Assembly: GCA_963787835.1 (NCBI GenBank)
Contig: CAWBEI010000002.1
Coordinates: 1,854,477-1,918,476 of the forward strand
Origin: Ignavibacteriota bacterium
GTDB taxonomy: Bacteria > Bacteroidota > Ignavibacteria > Palsa-1295
DNA: 64,000 nucleotides
Direction: 5' to 3'
Each line of letters starts with the position of its first letter. Positions within the stretch are counted from its first letter, which is position 1. Under the pieces are notes generated by a model that did no database searches, was not told where the DNA came from, and saw only the letters and a program-made list of their open reading frames with translations. The position numbers and the translations under genes were made by a program. Shown piece by piece: positions 1-9,483 of the stretch.

Positions 1-369
1 GCCCTTCTGCAGATCGGCGATGCCGCACGCGAACTCGATGACCTCGAGGCCGCGCTGCACCTCGCCCATCGCGTCGGCGGTGACCTTGCCGTGCTCGCTC
101 GTGAGCAGCGCGGCGATCTCGTTCGCGTGCTTGTGGACGAGCTCGCGGAATCCGAACATGACCTTGGTGCGCTTCGCGATCGACGCGCTGCGCCAGGTCA
201 GCGACGCGCGCACGGCCGACTCGACCGCCTCGTCGACCACCGCCGGGGTCGCCATCGCGACCTTCGCCTGGACCTCGCCGGTCGCGGGGTTGAACACGTC
301 GCCGCTGCGCTCCGCGGTGCGCTCGTATGCCTTGCCGTCGATCCAGTGCGAGATCGTCTTCGTCGCCAT
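1..369 (-). CDS. mmsA: CoA-acylating (methyl)malonate-semialdehyde dehydrogenase, N-terminal part (runs off window)
   Basis: Manual translation from ATG at 369: MATKTISHWIDG...DVFNPATGEV...EHGKVTADAMGEVQRGLEVIEFACG, typical of the MMSDH N-terminus. Not in the ORF track because it is truncated. Confidence 0.9.
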   Translation of the reverse strand, partial: MATKTISHWIDGKAYERTAERSGDVFNPATGEVQAKVAMATPAVVDEAVESAVRASLTWRSASIAKRTKVMFGFRELVHKHANEIAALLTSEHGKVTADAMGEVQRGLEVIEFACGIADLQKG

Positions 370-401
370 GCGCGTTGCCGTACCACGCGGCCGGCGCGAG
401 C

Positions 402-413
402 GAAAACGTTTTC
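402..413. promoter_or_regulatory. Perfect palindrome GAAAACGTTTTC, LacI/PurR-type operator candidate
   Basis: AT-rich 12-bp palindrome with central CG in the mmsA/preA divergent intergenic region. Confidence 0.6.
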
Positions 414-470
414 CGAGGCGTTGGTGAATCGTGGTTGATGGCCCGGCGGAGCCGGTGGTAAGCCACCTCC

Positions 471-1639
471 GTGTCCGACCTCACCATCACCGTCAACGGC
501 ATGAAGTTCGAGAACCCGTTCGTGCTGGGCTCCGGCCCGCCCGGCACCAACGGCAAGGTCATCGCGCGCAGCTACGACCTCGGTTGGGGCGGCATGGTGT
601 GCAAGACGTTCTCGCTCGACGCGAGCAAGGTCATCAACACCGCGCCACGCTACGCGAAGCTGCGCGGCCGCACGAGCGAAGAGGTCATCGGCTTCCAGAA
701 CATCGAGCTGATCAGCGATCGGCCGTACGCGGACTGGCTCGACGATCTCCGCCAGCTCAAGAAGAACTATCCGACGAAGATCCTGATCGCGTCGATCATG
801 GAGGAGTACACGAAGGCCAGCTGGCAGAAGATCGTGCGCGAGGTCCAGGAGACCGGCGTCGACGGCTTCGAGCTCAACCTCAGCTGCCCGCACGGCCTGC
901 CCGAGCGCAAGATGGGATGGCGATGGGCGAGAACCCCGACATCGTCGAAGAGGTCTGCGGCTGGGTCAAGGCGGTCAGCAAGCTGCCGGTGTGGGCGAAG
1001 ATGACGCCGAACGTCGGCAACCCGACGGTGCCGGCCGCGGCCGCGCTGCGCGGCGGCGCCGATGGCATCGCGATGATCAACACGATCCTCAGCGTCAGCG
1101 GCATCGACCTGAAGACGCTGCGACCGATGCCGACCGTCGAGGGCCACAGCGTGCCCGGCGGCTACAGCGGGCAGGCCGTGCGGCCGATCGCGCTGCGCCA
1201 GGTCATGGAGGTCGCGCGCGCGAACCCCGGCGTCGCGATCAGCGGCATCGGCGGCATCGAGACCGGCTACGACGCCGCGCAGTTCTTCTTGCTCGGCGCG
1301 TCGACGGTGCAGGTGTGCACCGGCGCGATGCTCCGCGGCTACGAGATCATCAGCGAGCTCAAGGAAGAGCTGTCGAAGTTCATGACCGACCACAAGTTCG
1401 GCAACGTGCGCGACTTCATCGGCAAGTCGCTGCCGTACTTCACCACGCACCACGATCTCGTCGATCGCCAGAAGGCGTCGCGCGACGCGAAGGAAGCCGC
1501 GCGCGGCGACAAGAAGACCGCGACCCAGACGAGCGGGTCTGCGCCGTCCGGCGCGGAGCCAGTGCGAGTCGTGAACCGCGACGTCGAGACCTGGAAGGGC
1601 GACATCGCGAAGGAAACCTCGACGCTGGTGACCAACTGA
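471..1639 (+). CDS. preA: Dihydropyrimidine dehydrogenase FMN subunit (PreA/PYD1-like), one frameshift near 915
   Basis: NPFVLGSGPPGTN and ELNLSCPHG in ORF 471..1004, joined to VWAKMTPN, GGYSG..VRPIAL, SGIGGIE, VQVCTG in ORF 431..1639. Confidence 0.9.
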
Positions 1640-1650
1640 GACTTTCCGAA

Positions 1651-1691
1651 TCGTGCACGTATACGTGCACGTGAACGTGACACGTGCACGA
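1651..1691. repeat. Nested palindromic CACGTG/GTGCAC-rich intergenic element
   Basis: Perfect 20-bp palindrome CGTGCACGTATACGTGCACG (1652-1671); TCGTGCACGT (1651-1660) also pairs with ACGTGCACGA (1682-1691). Confidence 0.7.
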
Positions 1692-1703
1692 CGTAGGAGC
1701 CCC

Positions 1704-2571
1704 ATGACTCGCACTGTTCTCTCCGGCTTGATTCAGGCTTCGAATCCGATCAACGACGAGTCGCGCTCGGTCGCCGAGGTCCAGGCGGCGATGCTCGAGA
1801 AGCACCTGCCGATGATCCACGACGCCGGCAAGAAGGGCGTCCAGATCCTGTGCCTGCAGGAGATCTTCAACGGCCCGTACTTCTGCCCGGGCCAGGACAA
1901 GCGCTGGTACGACGCCGCCGAGCCCGTGCCCGGCCCGACGGTCGAGAAGCTCGCGCCGATCGCCGCGAAGTACGGCATGGCGATGGTCGTGCCGCTGTAC
2001 GAGCGCGAGCAGGCGGGCGTCTACTACAACACCGCCGCGATCCTCGACGCCGACGGCAGCTACCTCGGCAAGTATCGCAAGACGCATATCCCGCAGACGA
2101 GCGGCTTCTGGGAGAAGTACTTCTTCCGGCCCGGCAACCTCGGCTATCCGGTGTTCAAGACCCGGTACGCGACGATCGGCGCGTACATCTGTTACGACCG
2201 CCACTTCCCGGAGGGCGCGCGCGCGCTCGGGCTCGACGGGCGCCGAGATCGTCTACAACCCGTCGGCGACGGTCGCCGGGCTGTCGCAGTACCTGTGGAA
2301 GATCGAGCAGCCGGCGCACGCGATCGCGAACGGCTACTACGTCGGCGCGATCAATCGCGTCGGCACCGAAGCGCCGTGGAACATCGGCAAGTTCTACGGC
2401 AACTCGTACTTCGTGAACCCGCGCGGCGAGATCATCGCGTGCGGCAGCGAGGACAAGGACGAGCTCGTCGTCGCCGAGCTCGACATGGCGATGATCGAGG
2501 AGGTCCGCCGCACGTGGCAGTTCTATCGCGACCGCCGCCCCGACGCGTACGGTCCGCTCGTGGAGGGGTAA
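1704..2571 (+). CDS. Beta-ureidopropionase (nitrilase superfamily), frameshift near 2238
   Basis: CLQEIFNGPYFC, KYRKTHIP, FWEKYFF and ICYDRHFPE give the E-K-C triad; C-terminus RRTWQFYRDRRPDAY; RBS AGGAG before ATG 1704. Confidence 0.9.
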
Positions 2572-2573
2572 CG

Positions 2574-3980
2574 ATGACGCGCACGCTGATCCAGGGCGGC
2601 ACCGTGGTGACCGCGAGCGACACGTTCGTCGCCGACGTCTGGATCGAGAACGGCAAGATCGTCGCGCTGCAGGCGCCGGGCCTCAAGGTCGACGACGCGG
2701 AGCTCGTCGACGCGACCGGGTAGCTACGTCATCCCGGGCGGCATCGATTGCCACACGCACATGTCGCTGCCGTTCGGCGGCACGACCGCGTCGGATGACT
2801 TTCACACCGGCACGGTCGCGGCCGCGCACGGCGGCACGACGACGATCGTGGACTTCGCGATCCAGAGCAAGGGCCAGTCGATGCGCGCCGGCCTCGACGC
2901 GTGGTTCGCCAAGAGCCGAGGGCCAGGTCGCGGTCGACTACGGCTTCCACATGATCATGACCGAGGCCGAACGCGCAGACGCTCGACGAGATGTCGGCGA
3001 TGGTCCGCGAGGGCATCACGTCGTTCAAGATGTTCATGGCCTACCCGGGCGTGTTCCTCGTCGACGATCAGCAGATCTTCCGCGCGATGCTGCGCGCGGG
3101 CGAGCTCGGCGCGCTGATCACGATGCACGCGGAGATCGGGCTGCCGATCGACGTGCTGGTGCAACGCGCGCTCGCGGAGGGCCACACCGCGCCGGTCTAT
3201 CACGCGCTCACCCGCCCCGAGGTCGCCGAGGCGACCGGCACCGAGCGCGCCCTCGCGCTCGCCGAGATGGCGAAGGTCCCCGTGTACATGGTGCACCTGT
3301 CCGCGCAGCGCGCGCTCGAGCGCGTGATGGAGGCGCGCGATCGCGGCCAGGCCGCGTTCGCCGAGACGTGCCCGCAGTATCTGTTCAACACCGAAGACGA
3401 TCTGCGCGGCGACAGCGGCCCGGATGGCGAGTGGAAGGGCGCCGGCTTCGTGTGCACGCCACCGTTGCGGCCCGCGCATCACCACGATCATCTGTGGCGC
3501 GGCCTGCGCAACTACGATCTGCAGGTCGTCGCGACCGATCACTGTCCGTTCTGCATGAAGGATCAGAAGGAGCTCGGCCGCGGCAACTTCTCGAAGATCC
3601 CGAACGGCATGCCCGGCGTCGAGACGCGGCTGCACCTGCTCTACGAGGGCGTGACGCTCGGCAAGATCTCGATGAACCGCTTCGTCGAGATAACGTCGAC
3701 CGCGCCCGCGAAGCTGTTCGGCATGTATCCGCGCAAGGGCAACATCTGCGTCGGCGCCGACGCCGACGTCGTGGTGTGGGATCCGACGCGCGCCAAGGTG
3801 CTCGGCAAGGACACGCTGCACATGAACGTCGACTACTCGCCGTACGAAGGGCGCCGGGTTCCGGGAAGCCCCAAGGTCGTGCTGTCGCGCGGCGAGGTGA
3901 TCGTGCGCGACGACGTGTGGGTCGCGAAGCGCAAGGCGGGTCGCGGTCAGTTCGTGCGCCGCGCGACGTTCGGGCTGTAA
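2574..3980 (+). CDS. hydA: Dihydropyrimidinase (D-hydantoinase), indels at about 2720-2980
   Basis: PGGIDCHTH, GGTTTIVDFA, SFKMFMAY, HAE, VHLS, ETCPQYL, ATDHCPF, KIPNGMPGVE. Confidence 0.9.
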
Positions 3981-3990
3981 CCGAGGCTCG

Positions 3991-4500
3991 CTAGAAGTGC
4001 CCCGACACCGCGATGCCGGGATCGCCCTGCACCGTGGTCGGCGTGATCTGGTAGTCGCGCGTCGCGGTCGGGATCACGTGCTCGTGGCGCCGGGTCGCGA
4101 GCACGCCGTCGAGCATGGTCAGGATGCCGGCCGCCTGGAAGATGCCGTCGGCCACGAGCAGGAGCTTGCCGGTCGTCTGGCTGCCACAGCTCGCGCTCAG
4201 CACCGGACAGCCCGGGCCGCGATCCGCGAGGTCGAGCCACGGCCCGACGATCGGCACGTCGAGGCGACTGTCGCCCGGATGATCGTGCGAGCCCGCGACG
4301 ATCACCGACGTGCCGTACGACGCGGCGAACACGAGCGCGCCGGACGTGAACACCGGCGCGTTCCACTTGTCGCTCGCGTCGTCGCGTGGCGGCGCGGGGT
4401 CGGCGACCAGCGATGGCAGCGGCGCCGGGTCCTGCGCGGCGACGACCGCGGGGACGAGCAGCAGCGCGCTGGCGATCGCGAGTGTGCGGCGGTGGGGCAT
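3991..4500 (-). CDS. Hypothetical exported/membrane protein
   Basis: Signal peptide MPHRRTLAIASALLLVPAVVAA, VPIVGPW motif and C-terminal SGHF, a pattern common in myxobacterial hypotheticals. Confidence 0.7.
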   Translation of the reverse strand: MPHRRTLAIASALLLVPAVVAAQDPAPLPSLVADPAPPRDDASDKWNAPVFTSGALVFAASYGTSVIVAGSHDHPGDSRLDVPIVGPWLDLADRGPGCPVLSASCGSQTTGKLLLVADGIFQAAGILTMLDGVLATRRHEHVIPTATRDYQITPTTVQGDPGIAVSGHF

Positions 4501-4690
4501 CGTGGGCGTCTCGAGAACGAGTGGATGACCAGCGATCTTGCAACGAGCTCGCCACGCGTCGCGCCGAGCACGCCCGCCACGCTCGCGTCGCGATGCCACG
4601 GAGACCCGCGCCGCGCGACGTGATCGCGCACGTGCTCGATCCGCGCGTTGCACGTGACGCGTGCGCGACGCCGAAGCCGTGCGCGATCGC

Positions 4691-6178
4691 TCAGCCGGTC
4701 GCGCGCGCGGGCGCACGCGCGGTGTGCGCGACCACCGGCCGGACCTCGTAGTCCGCGAGCTCGACGTGGCGCGTGCGGCGCCAGTAGTCGAACGTGAAGC
4801 CCGGCCACAGGAGGACGTCGCCGTCCGGCGCCTGGTACCAGGAGTTGCAGCCCGAGGTCCACACCGTGCGCGCGAGCTTGTGCCGCAGCTCGTCGCCGAA
4901 CGCGCGCTCGACGCCGGGCCGCACGTCGATCGACGCCAGCTGCTTCGCGTCGAGCTCGCCGATCGCGGCCGTCGCGTAGCGTGCCTGCGCCTCGATCATG
5001 AAGATCATCGAGTTGTGGCCGAGCCCGGTGTTCGGGCCCATGAGCAAGAACATGTTCGGGAAGCCGGAGACCGTGATGCCGAGGTAGTTGCGCGCGGTCG
5101 TGCGCCACGCGTCGCGCAGATCGATGCCGTCGCGCCCGGTGATCGCCATCGAGGCGAGATAGTCGAACGTGCGGAAGCCGGTGCCGCAGATGATCGCGTC
5201 GACCTCGCGCTCGCGGCCATCGGCGGTGCGCACGCCGCGTGCGGTGACCTCGGTGATCGCGTCGGTGACCAGATCGACGTTGTCGCGCTGCAGCGCCGGG
5301 TAGTAGTCGTTCGAGATCAGGATGCGCTTGCAGCCGAGCTGATAGTTCGGCGTGAGCCGCGCGCGCAGCGCGGGATCGGGGACCTGCCGCACGAGGTGCT
5401 GGCGCGCCATCTTCTCGCCGAGCTCGTGGATCGTCTTCGAGTACATGAACACGAGGACGCGGCTCTCGAGCAACCAGTACAGCGTCGAGCGCCGCAGCCA
5501 GTGCGCGCCCGGCACGTGCGCGAACGCCCAGCGCTCGCGCGCGGTCGTCTCGCGATCCTGCTTGGGCACGATCCACGGCGGCGTGCGCTGGAACACGTCG
5601 AGCCGCGCGACGCGCTTGGCGAGCTCGGGCACGAGCTGGATCGAGCTCGCGCCGGTGCCGATCACCGCGACGCGCTTGCCGGCGAGATCGTAGGCGTGAT
5701 CCCACTGTGCGGTGTGGAAGCGCTTGCCCGCGAACTGATCGAGCCCCGGAAGATCGGGCCAGCGCGGCACGTGCAGGCCGCCGTTGCCGAGCACGAGCGA
5801 GCGCGCGGTGTACGTGTCGCCGGCGCGGGTGGTCACCGTCCACGCGGCGGTGTGCTCGTCCCAGCGCGCGGCGCACACGTCGCTGCCGAAGCGCAGGTGC
5901 GGCCGCATCCCGAAGTCGGTCGCGCAGCGCTCGAGGTACGCGAGGATCTCGGGCTGGCCGCTGTACGCGCGCGACCACGTGGGGTTGGGCGCGAACGAGT
6001 ACGAGTAGAGGTGCGACGGGATATCGCACGCCGCGCCCGGATAGGTGTTCTCGCGCCACGTGCCGCCGACGCGATCGGCCTTCTCGAGGATGACGAAGCG
6101 CCGATCGCCGGCGCGCGCGAGCGTGATGCCGGCCGCGAGGCCCGAGAAGCCGGCGCCGATGATCACCGCGGACAGCAT
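4691..6178 (-). CDS. Baeyer-Villiger / flavin-containing monooxygenase
   Basis: GAGFSG, GGTWRENTYPG, FxGxxxHTxxW (FAGKRFHTAQW), second Rossmann motif GTGAS. Confidence 0.92.
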   Translation of the reverse strand: MLSAVIIGAGFSGLAAGITLARAGDRRFVILEKADRVGGTWRENTYPGAACDIPSHLYSYSFAPNPTWSRAYSGQPEILAYLERCATDFGMRPHLRFGSDVCAARWDEHTAAWTVTTRAGDTYTARSLVLGNGGLHVPRWPDLPGLDQFAGKRFHTAQWDHAYDLAGKRVAVIGTGASSIQLVPELAKRVARLDVFQRTPPWIVPKQDRETTARERWAFAHVPGAHWLRRSTLYWLLESRVLVFMYSKTIHELGEKMARQHLVRQVPDPALRARLTPNYQLGCKRILISNDYYPALQRDNVDLVTDAITEVTARGVRTADGREREVDAIICGTGFRTFDYLASMAITGRDGIDLRDAWRTTARNYLGITVSGFPNMFLLMGPNTGLGHNSMIFMIEAQARYATAAIGELDAKQLASIDVRPGVERAFGDELRHKLARTVWTSGCNSWYQAPDGDVLLWPGFTFDYWRRTRHVELADYEVRPVVAHTARAPARATG

Positions 6179-6198
6179 GTGCAGCCCGTAGCGTAGTC

Positions 6199-6221
6199 GC
6201 TATTGACTGCCAGTCAATAGC
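6199..6221. promoter_or_regulatory. Perfect inverted repeat GCTATTGACTG-C-CAGTCAATAGC, TetR-like operator candidate
   Basis: 11-bp arms with a 1-bp spacer, between the divergent BVMO and yaeQ starts. Confidence 0.7.
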
Positions 6222-6252
6222 TGATCGGCCGGGCGTGTTACCGTGCTCGCAA

Positions 6253-6801
6253 ATGGCGCTGTCAGCCGTGATGCGGCGCTTTCACGTCAACCTCGCCGAC
6301 AGCGACCGCGAGATCTACGCCGAGCTCGATCTCCGCGTCGCGCAGCATCCGTCCGAGAGCGAGCGCTACCTCGTCGCGCGCGTGCTCGCGCGCATCCTCG
6401 AGCACGGCGAGGGCGTCGAGTTCAGCAAGCTCGGCGTGTCCGATGACGAGGAGCCGGCGATCGTGCAGCGCGATCTGCGCGGCGACCTGGTCGCGTGGAT
6501 CGAGATCGGCTCGCCGACGCCGGACCGGCTGCACAAGGCGAGCAAGGCGAGCCCGCGCGTCGTGGTCTACGCGTGGAAGAACGTGCCCGCGCTGGTCGAG
6601 TCGATCGTCCTGCGCAAGGTCTACCGCGCCGACGCCATCGAGCTGCGCGCGCTCGTGCCCGAGTGGCTGGACGCGATCGGCTGCAAGCTCGATCGTACGA
6701 ACAAATGGGATCTCGCGGTCAGCGGCGGGACCCTGTACCTGACGATCGGCGACGCGTTGTTCGAGGGTACGGCCGACCGCGTCCCGATCCAGATCGGGTA
6801 G
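6253..6801 (+). CDS. yaeQ: YaeQ family protein
   Basis: MALSAVMRRF.VNLADSDR..Y, AQHPSES, DDEEPA, WIEIGSP..DRLHKAS. Confidence 0.88.
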   Translation: MALSAVMRRFHVNLADSDREIYAELDLRVAQHPSESERYLVARVLARILEHGEGVEFSKLGVSDDEEPAIVQRDLRGDLVAWIEIGSPTPDRLHKASKASPRVVVYAWKNVPALVESIVLRKVYRADAIELRALVPEWLDAIGCKLDRTNKWDLAVSGGTLYLTIGDALFEGTADRVPIQIG

Positions 6802-6812
6802 CATCGGCAGCC

Positions 6813-7301
6813 ATGCAGGGGACTAGCGGTGGTGTCACGCTGCGGCTCGTGTGCTTCGAGCTTCGCGGGCAGGAGCTCGCGCTGCCGATCGGCGACGTGC
6901 GCGAGACCTTGCCGCTGCAGCCGATCACGCACCTGTTCCTGACCCCGCCGGCGCTCGCGGGCGTGTTCAGCCTGCGCGGCGACATCGTGCCCGCGCTCGA
7001 TCTCGGCGTGCTGCTCGGCTTGCCGCGCACCGAGGTCGGCGATGACAGCCGTATCGTCGTGATCTCGAACGACCGCGGTACGGCCGGGGTGGTCGTCGAT
7101 CGCCTGCGCGACCTCCGCATCCTCGACCACGAGCCCGAGCCGCCGCCGGCCAGCTTGCCGCCCGAGATCGCGGCGCTGCTGCGCGGCGTGGTCAGCACGC
7201 CGACCGGCACCGTGCGGGTGCTCGATGTCGGCGCGATCCTTTCGGCGGAGCCGCTGCGGGCTCTCGCGCACGCTCACACCGACGACGCAGGGGCTGCATG
7301 A
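6813..7301 (+). CDS. cheW: Chemotaxis coupling protein CheW
   Basis: LVCFEL.GQELALPI..VRE, GVFSLRGDIVPALDLG, GVVVD. Confidence 0.88.
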   Translation: MQGTSGGVTLRLVCFELRGQELALPIGDVRETLPLQPITHLFLTPPALAGVFSLRGDIVPALDLGVLLGLPRTEVGDDSRIVVISNDRGTAGVVVDRLRDLRILDHEPEPPPASLPPEIAALLRGVVSTPTGTVRVLDVGAILSAEPLRALAHAHTDDAGAA

Positions 7302-9391
7302 CTCAAATCCACGCACCGCGACACCGCCTCCGGCTCCCCATGTTCTTCAAGCTCCTCGTCGGCTGCTTGACCCTCGCGGCGCTGCTCATCGTCGGCGGCA
7401 CGTACGTCGTCAAGAACGAGACCCGCCTGCGCTCGCGCGGCAACTACCTCGCGAAGGCGCGGCGCCGGCTCGATGGCTACATCGATCGCGTCGGCCGTGG
7501 CATGACCGGCACGTGCGAGCTGCTGACGTCGGACGAAGAGCTGCGCACGGGTGTGATGGGCACGCCGGTGCCGGGCACCGGATCCGGCGGCGAGCCGGTC
7601 GTCGATCGCTCGGCGGGCGTCGCGCACGCGAAGGCGATGTACGACTCGCTCAACGGGCGCAACGGGCTGCAGCCGGACATCTTCGCGGTGTTCACGACGA
7701 CGAATCACCTGGTGTGGACACCGTCGGGCTCGCCGATCAAGGACAGCGATCTCGCGGTGCTCGCGCCCGTCGAGAAGGTGCGCAACGGCAGCGTGTTCCC
7801 GCACGGCGTCGTCATCTTCCAGGGCGTCGCGTACCAGATGTCGGCCTCGCCGATCCTCGCGCCCAACAGCGACAAGATCGTCGGCGGCATGTTGATGGGC
7901 GAGCAGATCGAGCACTACTACAACGAGTGGGCCGACTCGAGCGACGACCTGCCCGAGCAGCGGATGCGACCGACGCTGATCAACGGCATCGACATCCTCG
8001 CGAGCGCGTGGCCGGTCGACGAGCGCGGCGAGCTGTCGCGCTCGCTGCAGCCGGACAAGTACGTGGAGGTCAAGGTCGGCGACGACGTGCAGGAGGTCGT
8101 GCGCATGAAGAGCGGCGACTACGACTTCTACGTCGACGATCTCGCGGGCTACAAGAACGGCGACCCCGGCGTGGTCGGTCGCCTCGTGATCATGCGCAGC
8201 CGCGTCGCGCTGCTCGATCCGCAGACCGTGCCGTGGGCGGAGATCGTCGCGGGCATCGCGGCGTCGGTGTTGATCGCGCTCGGCATGGCGTTCTGGATCA
8301 CGCGGCCGATCAAGCAGTTCGTCGGCCAGTCGCGCGGGCTACTCGCGGGCGATACCGATCTGACGCAGCGGATCGAGGTCGACTCGCGCGACGAGACCGC
8401 CGACCTCGCGGAGAACATCAACCAGGTATTCTCGCGCTTGCACGGGCTCGCGACCGGCGTGCAGTCGGCGGCGTTCCAGGTCGGCGCGTCGAGCGCGGAG
8501 ATCAGCGCCGCGAGCAAGCAGATGCTCTCCGGGCTGAAGGATCAGACGCTGAAGATCGAGAGCTCGACGACCGCGGTGACGGAGCTGTCCGCGTCGATCC
8601 AGCAGGTCGCCGGCAACGCGGCCCAGGCGACGCAAGTCGCCGAGGCGTCGAGCACGGCGGTCAACTCGGCGGTGCATCGCATGGAGCAGATCCGCGCGGC
8701 GGTCGACGACGCCGCGGAGAAGATGCGCGATCTCGGGGAGAGCTCGAAGAGGATCGGTAATATCGTCGAGGTCATTCGCCAGATCAGCGAGCAGACGTCG
8801 ATGCTCGCGCTCAACGCGTCGATCGAAGCGGCGCACGCGGGCGAGCAAGGCCGCGGCTTCGCGGTCGTCGCCGACGAGGTCAGCTCGCTCGCGCGGCGTG
8901 TCGGCCAGTCCGCGAAGGACATCGAGGCGCTGATCCAGACGGTCAAGGAGCAGACGCAAGCGGCGGTCGCGTCGATGGACGTGGGGACGCGCGAGGTCGT
9001 GAGCGGCGCGGCGCTGGTGACCGGCACGCTGACCGGCCTCGGCGAGCTGATCACGGTCGTCAAGGACACCGCGACCGCGGTGCAGGAGCAGGCGGTCGTG
9101 TCGGACGAGATCGCGCGCAACATGGACGCCGTGCGCCAGATCGCGGGCGAGGTGCTGACCGGTAGCGAGGAGTCGGTCGTGCAAGCGGAGCGGCTGCACG
9201 AGCTCGCGTTCGAGCTCGAGGAGTCGATCGGAGGCTTCAACCTCGACGGCAATCAGGTCGGCGGCACGAAGGGTGTCGCCGCCGCGCGCAAGGCGGCGAA
9301 CGCGGCGACCGCGGCCGCGGCGAAGAAGAAGCGACGCGCGCTACCGAGCGTCGTGAAGCTGGATGCGCTGCCGCCGGACGACGCGAGCTAG
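7298..9391 (+). CDS. Methyl-accepting chemotaxis protein (TM-periplasmic sensor-TM-HAMP-MA)
   Basis: Two TM segments, HAMP (DLTQRIEVDSRDE), signalling tip QTSMLALNASIEAAHAGEQGRGFAVVADEV. Confidence 0.95.
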   Translation: MTQIHAPRHRLRLPMFFKLLVGCLTLAALLIVGGTYVVKNETRLRSRGNYLAKARRRLDGYIDRVGRGMTGTCELLTSDEELRTGVMGTPVPGTGSGGEPVVDRSAGVAHAKAMYDSLNGRNGLQPDIFAVFTTTNHLVWTPSGSPIKDSDLAVLAPVEKVRNGSVFPHGVVIFQGVAYQMSASPILAPNSDKIVGGMLMGEQIEHYYNEWADSSDDLPEQRMRPTLINGIDILASAWPVDERGELSRSLQPDKYVEVKVGDDVQEVVRMKSGDYDFYVDDLAGYKNGDPGVVGRLVIMRSRVALLDPQTVPWAEIVAGIAASVLIALGMAFWITRPIKQFVGQSRGLLAGDTDLTQRIEVDSRDETADLAENINQVFSRLHGLATGVQSAAFQVGASSAEISAASKQMLSGLKDQTLKIESSTTAVTELSASIQQVAGNAAQATQVAEASSTAVNSAVHRMEQIRAAVDDAAEKMRDLGESSKRIGNIVEVIRQISEQTSMLALNASIEAAHAGEQGRGFAVVADEVSSLARRVGQSAKDIEALIQTVKEQTQAAVASMDVGTREVVSGAALVTGTLTGLGELITVVKDTATAVQEQAVVSDEIARNMDAVRQIAGEVLTGSEESVVQAERLHELAFELEESIGGFNLDGNQVGGTKGVAAARKAANAATAAAAKKKRRALPSVVKLDALPPDDAS

Positions 9392-9483
9392 GCGGCCGTA
9401 TGCAATCCGGTCTCCGTCGCACGATCGGCTCGCGAAGCGCTCGCCTAGACCGACGACAAGGCTCGCCGAGGCTCGCCTAGCTC

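Noticed and set aside
2721-2723. In-frame TAG in hydA as pyrrolysine or readthrough
   Set aside because: The downstream coding continues in a different frame, so this is an indel rather than recoding
9427-9480. Short GGCTCGC...GCTCGCCTAG repeats between MCP and cheR (similar to 3981-3994)
   Set aside because: Short, GC-rich and imperfect; cannot be distinguished from chance
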